From contig NC_008698.1 of assembly GCF_000015225.1 (NCBI RefSeq), forward strand, positions 1,170,001 through 1,202,000: DNA of 32,000 nucleotides. Direction: 5' to 3'. This DNA is from Thermofilum pendens Hrk 5 (lineage in GTDB: Archaea; Thermoproteota; Thermoprotei; Thermofilales; Thermofilaceae). Position 1 is the stretch's first letter, and each line of letters starts with the position of its first letter. Positions 14,988 through 22,526 of the stretch are shown piece after piece. A program made the translations under genes and the position numbers. The notes beneath the pieces are model-generated. The model did no database searches, was not told where the DNA came from, and worked only from the letters and a program-made list of their open reading frames with translations.

Positions 14988-15955
14988 TGGGAGTGTCCGA
15001 GCTGGTAGTGGTTAGGGACCTCAAGAAGTACTTCAAGGTTAGGGGTAGCTTCTCCAAAACGGTCAAGGCCGTCGACGGGGTTTCCTTCGAGATAAGGGAG
15101 GGCGAGACTCTCGGGCTCGTTGGGGAGAGCGGGTGCGGCAAGTCCACGCTGGGGAGGGTCGTGATCAGGCTCCTCGAGCCTACCGGTGGGAAGGTTTTCT
15201 TCAAGGGGCAGGACGTAGCCGCTCTGAAGGGCGAGAAGCTGAAGCAGTTCAGGAGGCAGGCCCAGATAGTGTTCCAGGACCCCAACACATCGCTGAACCC
15301 TAGGATGACCATACTGGAGATCCTGAGCGAGCCTCTCTACGAGCACAATATACCCGTCGACGACCCCGAGGACTTCATAACCAAGCAACTGGAAAGCGTG
15401 GGGCTGGGGCGGGAGCACCTCTACCGCTACCCCCACGAGCTCAGCGGTGGGCAGAAGCAAAGGGTAGCCATACTGAGGGCGCTCCTCCTCAACCCGAGCT
15501 TCGTAGTGCTTGACGAGCCGACGTCGTCGCTCGACGTCTCCGTCCAGGCACAGATACTCAACATGCTCAAGGACTTCCAGGCGCAGAGGAAGCTCTCCTA
15601 CCTCTTCATCTCCCACGACATAGGCGTCGTGAAGTACATGAGCCAAAGGATAGCCGTGATGTACCTAGGCAAGATCGTCGAGCTAGGACCCTCGGACGCC
15701 GTCTTCGAGAACCCCCTCCACCCCTACACGAAGTTCCTGCTAAGCGCGGTCCCCGTGCCCGACCCCAAGTACGCGAGGGCGAGGAAAAGGCTGGCAATAC
15801 CGGGCGAGCCGCCATCGCCTATAAACGTGCCGCCCGGCTGCAGGTTCCACCCCAGGTGCCCCTACGCGACGGAGAAGTGCAGGACAGGCGAGCCGCCCGT
15901 AGTCGAGGCAGAGCCCGGGCACTTCGTCGCGTGCTGGCTGTACAGCAAGGGCTAG
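14984..15955 (+). CDS. ABC transporter ATP-binding protein (DppF/OppF-like)
   Basis: Walker A GESGCGKST, signature LSGGQKQR, Walker B VVLDEPTSSLD, and C-terminal GCRFHPRCPYATEKC. Start is GTG 14984 (GTGA overlap) or ATG 14987. Confidence 0.95.
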   Translation: MMGVSELVVVRDLKKYFKVRGSFSKTVKAVDGVSFEIREGETLGLVGESGCGKSTLGRVVIRLLEPTGGKVFFKGQDVAALKGEKLKQFRRQAQIVFQDPNTSLNPRMTILEILSEPLYEHNIPVDDPEDFITKQLESVGLGREHLYRYPHELSGGQKQRVAILRALLLNPSFVVLDEPTSSLDVSVQAQILNMLKDFQAQRKLSYLFISHDIGVVKYMSQRIAVMYLGKIVELGPSDAVFENPLHPYTKFLLSAVPVPDPKYARARKRLAIPGEPPSPINVPPGCRFHPRCPYATEKCRTGEPPVVEAEPGHFVACWLYSKG

Positions 15956-15970
15956 CGCCCCTTAGTCACT

Positions 15971-16016
15971 ACACTGTTACTCCCCGGCGTCGCCGGTTAA
16001 CAGTGTTTTCTCTTTC
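15971..16016 (+). terminator. Compound hairpin plus T-rich tract after the Dpp/Opp-type operon
   Basis: ACACTGTTA (15971-15979) pairs with TAACAGTGT (15998-16006), enclosing an inner CCGGC-GTC-GCCGG hairpin. TTTCTCTTTC follows. Confidence 0.4.
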
Positions 16017-16232
16017 GATGATTGCAGGCTTTGATGCTGTAAACCTTTGTTTATTCAGAGAGGGTGAGGAGTTTAGTCTAGCTTAGCTGTTCTCGTAGCC
16101 TCCAGCCCTCTTCTTACTTTTCGACACAGAGTCCTCTGAGCCTCTGTGTAGAGGTACGTAATAATAACAACTAATGTTCCCTTAGTGTTTAGACACACAT
16201 ATTAGAGTGGAATTCATCGGTAAGAGGGGAGC

Positions 16233-18059
16233 ATGGACGTAGTTATTGTAGCGGCAGGCGAGGCTTCGAGGCTTAGGCCTTACTCCGAGGAAATGCCGAA
16301 AACACTCATGGAACTGAGGCCCGGCCTTCCTATAATCGACTTCATACTGAAAAGGGTTATGGCTCTCTCTCCTAGGAAGGTGGTGGTTGTTACGAGAAGG
16401 ACGTGGAAGGATATTCTCGCCTCGCATCTCGCCGGCTTAGCCGAAGTCGTTACAGTAGACCTCGAGGGCGGGTTTGGGAACCTCTACAGCGTGTACACGG
16501 CGCTCACAAGAGTCGGGGACGAGTTCCTGATATTGATGTCTGACCACATATTCGAGGAGGAAGTACTGATGAGGCTTGCAGAACACGCGAGCAAAGCGTC
16601 GTTTACCGTTTGTCTCGACAGGAATCCCTCCCGCTCCGAGGCTGTGGAAGGTTTGAAAGTTATAATCGAAGGAGGACTGGTTAGGGACGCTGGCAAAGAT
16701 GCGGCGCCCCGGTACGGGATCGATACAGGGGCGATAATGGCGCGCGGGAGAGCCAAAGAGTTTATCGAGGAAGTGATCAGACAGAAAGGTCCAGGGGCAT
16801 CTATTGCCGACGTGCTGAGATTCGCCGCCTCTAAGGGAGAGGAGGTCGACTACGTAGACGTTACGGGGCTTTTATGGAAAGATATCGACACCCCCGAGGA
16901 CCTCGTTAAGGCTAGGAAACTCGTCGAGAAGGTGGAGCTCAGGGAGCTAGCGAAGAGGACTGGGGATCCCCTCTCGCGAGCTCTTTTGAAACCCCTAACG
17001 ACGAGGCTTTCGATGCTCGCCTTAAAGAACTCTCTGCTGAAACCCGCCATGCTTACTAGCTGGGCTTCGGCGTTTTTAGCATCGTGGGCTCTGCTTCTCC
17101 CACAGGTGGAGAGCAACGCGCTTCTAATGTTTCCCCTATTAGCCGTGCACGTAGTAGCGAGCGAACTTCTACGCGAGCTAGCAGTGCTAGCATCGTGGGA
17201 CGTCACGGCGATATCGCAGGTAGATTTCCTCGCTACACTACCCTTAGCGGCTTTTGTCTCAAGGCTTGCCGATACATGGCCTTTGTCTGTGCTTGCGGGG
17301 GCTGGGATACTTTTCACTTCGCTTGCCGGGCTCCCCAGAATGGCAAGCGCGGAGGGTTACTCAGGGTTACTGGTCTCCAAGCTTCTCGCTACTATCGTGC
17401 TTTCGCTCTCTCTTTTCGTGGGTGGGGCGATCTACGGGGTAGCCTTTTGCGCACTAATGCCCTGGTTGCACATAGCTTTAAGGCTTAAGCCGCGTAGATC
17501 TGGGCTTGCCAGAGGGAAAGAGCCTTCCCATGTACCCATCCCCGCGGTTCGTGTTGACGAGATCGCCGAGAAAATCGAGTCCCTTGTAACGAATGTGGTG
17601 AAGCTAGCGGTGGTTCTAGCTGTGCTTACGATGCTCTCCCCCCTCTCATCGGACGTCCTCTTCCAAGTCGATGAATATTCGCTACGCGTGGGGACTCTTC
17701 TAACGGTCGCGCAGTTAACCGCCGTTGTGTACTATGGCTATAAGATCCTGGAACCTCTCTTTAGCCTGCTAGACGCCCTGGCGACAAGACTCGTCGAGAA
17801 ACTCGGGGTAACAAGGTACACTGCTAGGCGTATACTGGTAGAGTCCGTGTACTTGGTGCTAATAGTGCTTACATGGTTCCTCCTCCCCAGCCTCAAGAAC
17901 ATACCCGGTATTGGCGGTGTGCTCTACAGGGTTCTAACGATAGTTATCGTCGCGCTTTTTGCCCTTATCTCCTACGACTTGGTGAGGCTTCTCTTCAGGG
18001 TATTCGAGGACACGCTTAAGCGCATAGTACACGCTATAGCCCGTTTTGTCTCCGGGTGA
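16233..18059 (+). CDS. IPCT-like cytidylyltransferase fused to a DIPPS-like membrane domain lacking the CDP-alcohol transferase motif, plus an extra C-terminal membrane region
   Basis: The N-terminal domain reads VVIVAAGEASRLRP...PKTLMEL, SDHIF, GIDTGAIMA, LWKDIDTPEDLVKARKLV, collinear with the IPCT domain of archaeal IPCT/DIPPS as I recall it. It is followed by the connector GDPLSRALLKPLTTRLS and TM helices. The expected DGxxDGxxAR position reads HVVASELLRELAV. About 170 further aa contain additional TM helices. Confidence 0.8.
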   Translation: MDVVIVAAGEASRLRPYSEEMPKTLMELRPGLPIIDFILKRVMALSPRKVVVVTRRTWKDILASHLAGLAEVVTVDLEGGFGNLYSVYTALTRVGDEFLILMSDHIFEEEVLMRLAEHASKASFTVCLDRNPSRSEAVEGLKVIIEGGLVRDAGKDAAPRYGIDTGAIMARGRAKEFIEEVIRQKGPGASIADVLRFAASKGEEVDYVDVTGLLWKDIDTPEDLVKARKLVEKVELRELAKRTGDPLSRALLKPLTTRLSMLALKNSLLKPAMLTSWASAFLASWALLLPQVESNALLMFPLLAVHVVASELLRELAVLASWDVTAISQVDFLATLPLAAFVSRLADTWPLSVLAGAGILFTSLAGLPRMASAEGYSGLLVSKLLATIVLSLSLFVGGAIYGVAFCALMPWLHIALRLKPRRSGLARGKEPSHVPIPAVRVDEIAEKIESLVTNVVKLAVVLAVLTMLSPLSSDVLFQVDEYSLRVGTLLTVAQLTAVVYYGYKILEPLFSLLDALATRLVEKLGVTRYTARRILVESVYLVLIVLTWFLLPSLKNIPGIGGVLYRVLTIVIVALFALISYDLVRLLFRVFEDTLKRIVHAIARFVSG

Positions 18060-19300
18060 GCATGTCAATGAAGGGCGTTGTAATGTTCACGGAGGAGGAT
18101 CGTTGTTGCTATGAGCTAAAGCTGTGCGGCGTACCGGTCTACCTCCGCGTAATAGCTGCGCTCATCCAGGGGGGCGTAAGGGAGATAGTCTGCGTGAATG
18201 CCCCGAGCCGCGTAAAATCGGCGTTAGGCGACGGGAGAGAGCTGAACGCCAGGGTAACGTACTTGGATTCAGCGGCGCGGGTCGAGGGTTTGGGAGACGC
18301 TGTCCTGCTAGAGGCATCGACTATTATCGACGTAGCACTGGTGCGGGCGGCTAGTACGTTTAAAGAGGACACGGTGGTGCTCGACGAGAAGAGTGGAGGA
18401 AAGGTGTGGGTACTGCGGAAAGCCAGCGCGAGGCTAGAGGGTAAAAGTGCTGGTGAACTACCGGTAATACTAGGCGAGCTCGAGAAGTCTTCGCTCAAAC
18501 GGGTAAGCGTCCGAGAAATAGCCTTTATGGATCCTGAGCTCAAGCGTGAAGTGGAGCCTCTTTGCGTTAAGATCCGTGACCCCCTGGACGCACGCGAAGT
18601 AAAAAAGTTGCTGGTCAAAAGGGCTGGTAAAAGGTTGCACATAACCTCGCGGGTGAACACCGTAATTGAGGACAGGGTAGTCGAAATGCTATGCGAGCAC
18701 AGCTGGGTAACGCCTAACAGGGTTACACTCCTCGTAGACTTACTAGCGTTTATGGTAGCATTCTTTATACTGCAGGCGAGCTTGCCCCTGGCGCTCGTAG
18801 CGGCGTACCTCGTAGGAGTTCTGGACGGGGTAGACGGGAAGCTGGCAAGGGTCAGGTTTCCCTCAAAGGTGGGTAGCCTCGAGCACTCGTTCGACGCGCT
18901 ATACGAGCAGACCTGGTATGCTTTCCTCGCCTGGAGGTTGTTCGTAGACACGGGATCTCACCTACCCCTTATGCTCGGCTTTGCCTTTCTCGTCGTGGAC
19001 ACCTTCGTCCGGCACGTGTACATGCAGTTTAAAATGACGATGGGTATACCCCTTACGGCTTACTCCAGATTCGACAGGGCTTTTGCCGCCATCGACGGTA
19101 GGCGGAACGTTTATCTCATTTACTTCCTCGTCTCCTCGCTTCTCGGACAACCGCTCTGCGGTCTGCTAGCGGCGCTTGCACACGCGCTTATAACGGCTAC
19201 GTTCTACTCGCTGAGAGCGTTAAAACATGCAAGGAACGTCGACAAAGCGTCAGGCCTCTCGCGCCTCTTAGAACTGAGTAAAAGCACTAGGAAAGACTAA
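18056..19300 (+). CDS. CDP-alcohol phosphatidyltransferase (DIPPS-like) with a degenerate N-terminal nucleotidyltransferase-like domain
   Basis: LDGVDGKLARVRFPSKVGSLEHSFD (nt 18824-18895) fits D-G-x2-D-G-x2-A-R...G...D with one Asp-to-Glu change. It is preceded by TPNRVTLL and TM helices. The N-terminal ~190 aa align to the upstream gene's transferase domain (LCGVPVYLRVIAALIQGGVREIVCV ... KIRDPLDAREVKKLL), but the G-rich loop reads FTEEDRCCYEL. GTG 18056 overlaps the upstream stop; ATG 18062 is an alternative start. Confidence 0.8.
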   Translation: MSMSMKGVVMFTEEDRCCYELKLCGVPVYLRVIAALIQGGVREIVCVNAPSRVKSALGDGRELNARVTYLDSAARVEGLGDAVLLEASTIIDVALVRAASTFKEDTVVLDEKSGGKVWVLRKASARLEGKSAGELPVILGELEKSSLKRVSVREIAFMDPELKREVEPLCVKIRDPLDAREVKKLLVKRAGKRLHITSRVNTVIEDRVVEMLCEHSWVTPNRVTLLVDLLAFMVAFFILQASLPLALVAAYLVGVLDGVDGKLARVRFPSKVGSLEHSFDALYEQTWYAFLAWRLFVDTGSHLPLMLGFAFLVVDTFVRHVYMQFKMTMGIPLTAYSRFDRAFAAIDGRRNVYLIYFLVSSLLGQPLCGLLAALAHALITATFYSLRALKHARNVDKASGLSRLLELSKSTRKD

Positions 19301-19317
19301 GGTATCGACACAAGCAT

Positions 19318-19761
19318 CTAGCCGTCGTGGGAGGGCTTAGAGCCGGCCCTAGGTACTGTCATCCCCGTGAAGCGGGCAGCCTCTGCTACCAGCATCCTGA
19401 GGGCGTGGTAGAGCAACTGGTCCCTTACGAGTACTTTCTCCCCCCTCATGGCTCTCGCTAAGAGCCCTTCTCCCGCCACGTTGAGTACCACCACGTCGAA
19501 AGGTAGGCCGGTCTCCCTTTCGAGAACCCTGCCCAGGAGCTCAGAGTACTCGGCCGCCTCATATAGGTCCACGCTCCTAGCGAGGTAAACGGCGAGGTCT
19601 ACGTCCCTCGCGAACCCCCCTCTGACGAAGCTCCCGAATATCAGGGCCAGGGCTACCTCTTCTCTAGGTTCGAGGACCTTCCTCACTTTACCCTTCACGG
19701 CCTCCCTAAGCTCCTCCGTCACCCTGAAGGGTCTCCTACCCTTCAACAAACCTTCTGACAC
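19318..19761 (-). CDS. Minimal nucleotidyltransferase (MNT, pol-beta superfamily), partner of the HEPN protein
   Basis: ALIFGSFVRGGFARDVDLAVYL contains the GS-x(n)-D-x-D signature of NTP_transf_2. The tracked GTG 19761 overlaps the HEPN gene by 26 nt; GTG 19722 after the HEPN stop is an alternative start. Confidence 0.85.
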   Translation of the reverse strand: MSEGLLKGRRPFRVTEELREAVKGKVRKVLEPREEVALALIFGSFVRGGFARDVDLAVYLARSVDLYEAAEYSELLGRVLERETGLPFDVVVLNVAGEGLLARAMRGEKVLVRDQLLYHALRMLVAEAARFTGMTVPRAGSKPSHDG

Positions 19762-20164
19762 TTTTCACCGCCTCCTCCACAGTTTTCACACCGCTTTTAC
19801 GGGCCTCCTCTAAAATCTTCTCGTCGCTCACCTCCCAGTACCTATGAACCAAGAGGTTCCTGAGCCTAGCCAGCCTTACGAGCTCCTCGCCCACAGCCGG
19901 ATCTACGATCCCTGCTCTCGCTAGAAAGCTCATAGCCTCCACGTAGCCCTCTACGACTGTTCCGCGGAGCTCGGCCAGCCTTGACGCTATGACTGCCAGC
20001 CCCTCCACTACTTGTATCACCGCGTACCTGAGGGCGAAAGCGTCGGCTAGGTCCCGTACACCCCTCTCGGCGCACAGCCTTAGAACTCCCAACGCCTGCT
20101 CGACCTCGTAGAGAACCTTCCTCACCAGCGCCTTGTCCTCGGCGCTTAATTCGCCGCTCGACAC
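19736..20164 (-). CDS. HEPN-domain protein (DUF86/HepT-like)
   Basis: ARLRNLLVHRYWEVSD contains the R-x4-H HEPN catalytic motif in the usual DUF86 context. 142 aa. Confidence 0.85.
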   Translation of the reverse strand: MSSGELSAEDKALVRKVLYEVEQALGVLRLCAERGVRDLADAFALRYAVIQVVEGLAVIASRLAELRGTVVEGYVEAMSFLARAGIVDPAVGEELVRLARLRNLLVHRYWEVSDEKILEEARKSGVKTVEEAVKSVRRFVEG

Positions 20165-20252
20165 CGTCTCCCTAACTGCATACCCGGTAGATAAGCCTTG
20201 CCGCGCGCGAGCGCGAGGCTTAAAGCCTTAGCCACGCATCTTCCATGTAGCG

Positions 20253-21407
20253 ATGTGGAGGATAAGCCTCTACAGGAAGCTCTGGAGCTCCGAGAAGGAG
20301 TGCAAGGTCTGCGGTAAAAAGTCCATGCTGGTATCGGAGGCTATCGGGGTGTGCGCCGAGTGCTTGAGGAGCGACCCCGGGGCGGTGGAGGTAGCCCTGG
20401 AGGGCCACAGGAAGGAGAGGGCCTCTCTAGGCTTGCCGCCCGACCCTCCGAGGGATCCTCGGGGCACTCCGTGCGGCCTGTGCAACCTGGGCTGCAGGAT
20501 ACCCGAGGGCGGGCTGGGCTACTGCGGGCTCGTGAAGAACGAGGGCGGGAGGATTGTCCACCTCTCGGGGCAACCCGGGAGCGGCGTGCTCGAGTACTAC
20601 TACGACCCCCACCCGACGAACTGCGTAGCATTCTGGTTCTGCCCCGGCGCCACGGGGGCCGGCTACCCCAGGTACGCGGTTAGGCCTGGTTGCGAGGAGG
20701 GGTACGTGAACCTGGCCGTCTTCTACGGCGCCTGCAACCACAACTGCGCGTTCTGCCAGAACTGGTTCTACAGGAGGAACGCCGTCTCCAGGTCCCCGAG
20801 GGTCAGCGTCGAAGAGCTACTCGAGGCCGCGCTAGACCCCAGGGTTACCTGCGTCTGCTTCTTCGGCGGCGACCCCGCCCCCCAAGTACTGCACGCGCTC
20901 GCCTTCACCAGGGAGTTGCTCGAGAGGGCTAGGGGCAGGATTATGAGGGTTTGCTGGGAGTCCAACGGGCACTTCAGCCCTAAGATTCTCCCGAGGGTCA
21001 TCGAAGCCTCCCTGAGGAGCGGCGGCACCGTCAAGTTCGACTTGAAGGCGTGGAGCCCGGGCATATACAGGGCTCTAACAGGCGTCGAGCAGGGCTCCCT
21101 GCTGGACAACGCCGGGAGGGTCGCCGAGGCCGCCAAGGAGAGGCCGGAGGTACCGCTGTTCACCGCCAGCACGCTCCTAGTCCCCGGCTACGTGGACGAG
21201 GAGGAGGTAAGGGCTATCGCGCGCTTCCTCGCATCCCTCTCCCCCGACATCCCGTACACCCTGCTCGCCTTCCACCCCGACCACAGGATGCTCGACCTAC
21301 CCCCGACGAGCAGGAGGCACGCCGAGGAAGCCGCGAGGGTTGCCAGGGAGGAGGGGTTGCTGAGGGTGAGGATCGGGAACCCGTGGTTGCTCGGCGACTA
21401 CTACTAG
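20253..21407 (+). CDS. Radical SAM enzyme related to PFL-activase/AmrS-like proteins, with N-terminal Cys-rich region
   Basis: CNHNCAFCQNW (Cx3Cx2C followed by QNW) is preceded by CKVCG...CAEC and CGLCNLGCRIPEGGLGYCGL, as in COG1180-type activases. FFGGDPAP is the glycine-rich SAM motif. TATA-like GGCTTAAAGCC (20217-20227) lies about 30 nt upstream. Confidence 0.85.
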   Translation: MWRISLYRKLWSSEKECKVCGKKSMLVSEAIGVCAECLRSDPGAVEVALEGHRKERASLGLPPDPPRDPRGTPCGLCNLGCRIPEGGLGYCGLVKNEGGRIVHLSGQPGSGVLEYYYDPHPTNCVAFWFCPGATGAGYPRYAVRPGCEEGYVNLAVFYGACNHNCAFCQNWFYRRNAVSRSPRVSVEELLEAALDPRVTCVCFFGGDPAPQVLHALAFTRELLERARGRIMRVCWESNGHFSPKILPRVIEASLRSGGTVKFDLKAWSPGIYRALTGVEQGSLLDNAGRVAEAAKERPEVPLFTASTLLVPGYVDEEEVRAIARFLASLSPDIPYTLLAFHPDHRMLDLPPTSRRHAEEAARVAREEGLLRVRIGNPWLLGDYY

Positions 21408-21542
21408 AGCCTCTGAAACTACACCGTGCTCTTCATCGTCATCAGCTACGTAGCATTCCCTGGTAGCTTGATGGAGGTTCGATGGGTTAAGTTAACAGTT
21501 AGCTAAAAATACCGGGCAGGTCTTGGTATTGTCGGTGGTTGG

Positions 21543-21641
21543 ATGCCCAAGAAGAAGTCGGAGAGCGCCGGGGAGGCGGGCAAGAAGAGGGGTTGCGGTA
21601 GCCGGAGAAAGGCCTCCAAGGAGGAGGGCGCCTCCCAGTAG
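21543..21641 (+). CDS. Possible small basic protein (32 aa), below the ORF-track length cutoff
   Basis: The ATG 21543 ORF encodes MPKKKSESAGEAGKKRGCGSRRKASKEEGASQ. GGTGG lies 4-8 nt upstream, CTAAAAATACC about 35 nt upstream, and TTTTTTCTTTTT 17 nt after the stop. No homology recognised. Confidence 0.25.
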   Translation: MPKKKSESAGEAGKKRGCGSRRKASKEEGASQ

Positions 21642-21657
21642 CATTGGGTAAATAAAG

Positions 21658-21669
21658 TTTTTTCTTTTT
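21658..21669 (+). terminator. Oligo-T terminator TTTTTTCTTTTT
   Basis: The T-run is on the plus strand only, downstream of the radical SAM gene and the small ORF. The identical 12-mer recurs at 30739-30750 after another plus-strand gene. Confidence 0.45.
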
Positions 21670-21674
21670 CTCGG

Positions 21675-22526
21675 TTAGGCGGATCTACCCGTTAGTGTGA
21701 GCATGCCTCTGATGAAGTACTTGCTCATGAAGAGGAATACTACTAGCGGTGGGAGCGAGCCTATGAGGGCGGCGGCGAACATCTCGTTGTAGATCGTTCC
21801 CGCCTGTCCCACGTAGCTGAAGATTTTCAGGGTGACGAACTTCTCGTATCCTCTCGTCATGGAGAGCGGGATGAAGAGGTTGTTCCACATGTTTATCAGT
21901 AGGAATATCAGCGTGGAGACGAAGCCCGGCCCGAGGAGCGGTAGCGCGACTCTCCAGTAAATAGTCGGCAGGCCTGCGCCGTCCACGAGGGAGGCCTCTA
22001 TGGGCTCTCTGGGCATAGCGTTGGAGAATATGAACATCAGGAGAGTCGCCATGGGAGTGTAGTACACGAGGAGCACTAGGAAGAGCCCTTGGGAGGTATC
22101 GTAGAGGGGTATACCCGTGGCTACCTCCACCTGCCTGATCACGGAGACTAGCGGGACTATTATCGCCTGGTAGGGAATGTAGGTAGTCAGGGCGATTACC
22201 ACTGGTAGCCAGTCCGCTACCTTGCCGCCGTACAGCCTTATCGCGAAGGCTGAGAGCGAGCCGAGGAGCGTCGCGGCGAACGCCGCTGGGAGCACTATGA
22301 GCCCCGTCAGGGCTATAGTCGAGGAGAACTTCTCGAGCGCCGCAACCACGTTCCCGAAGTCTGGCTGGGAGGGTGGCTGGAGTACGGGCGTTCCCATCGC
22401 GTCGGCCAGGTTTTTGAGCGAGCCGGCCACCAAGGCGTAGAGCGGTATCGCCCAGAGGGCTCCCAGCAGTAGGAGCAGTACTGCCGCCGCGTACTCGGCC
22501 TTCACCTTACCACCCCGAGGATCCAC
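21675..22526 (-). CDS. ABC sugar transporter permease (CUT1 family, MalG-like)
   Basis: Six predicted TM stretches and the EAA loop PIEASLVDGAGLPTIYWRVALPLLGPG. Overlaps the upstream permease by 25 nt. Confidence 0.9.
   Translation of the reverse strand: MDPRGGKVKAEYAAAVLLLLLGALWAIPLYALVAGSLKNLADAMGTPVLQPPSQPDFGNVVAALEKFSSTIALTGLIVLPAAFAATLLGSLSAFAIRLYGGKVADWLPVVIALTTYIPYQAIIVPLVSVIRQVEVATGIPLYDTSQGLFLVLLVYYTPMATLLMFIFSNAMPREPIEASLVDGAGLPTIYWRVALPLLGPGFVSTLIFLLINMWNNLFIPLSMTRGYEKFVTLKIFSYVGQAGTIYNEMFAAALIGSLPPLVVFLFMSKYFIRGMLTLTGRSA

Noticed and set aside
3208-15955. Idea that NikR controls the family-5 (NikA-like) ABC transporter as a nickel uptake system.
   Set aside because: The operon is 6 kb away with unrelated genes between. 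I found no shared palindromic operator. Family-5 transporters in hyperthermophilic archaea often carry peptides or oligosaccharides. The link cannot be supported from sequence alone.
16121-19312. 8-nt direct repeat TCGACACA at 16121-16128 and 19305-19312 flanking the lower-GC cassette, considered as a possible insertion scar.
   Set aside because: About one chance occurrence of a repeated 8-mer is expected in a 32-kb window on two strands. There is no longer flanking identity and no integrase.
20193-20228. Imperfect inverted repeat AAGCCT...CGCGC/GCGCG AGGCTT between the HEPN gene and the radical SAM gene, considered as an operator.
   Set aside because: It overlaps the quasi-palindromic TATA-like GGCTTAAAGCC, and the GC-rich core is a simple CG repeat. 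This is insufficient to distinguish it from ordinary promoter sequence.
21440-21460. CTGATGA / ATGAAGA on the minus strand, and ATGATGG at 5025-5031, considered as C boxes of C/D box sRNAs.
   Set aside because: No properly spaced D box (CUGA) or terminal stem is present within 50-70 nt, and the box sequences deviate from RUGAUGA.
21473-21486. GGTTCGATGGG resembling a tRNA T-arm (GGTTCGAAT), considered as a tRNA gene or tRNA-fragment att site.
   Set aside because: The flanks cannot form a T-stem or an acceptor stem, and no D-arm or anticodon arm is present at the proper spacing.
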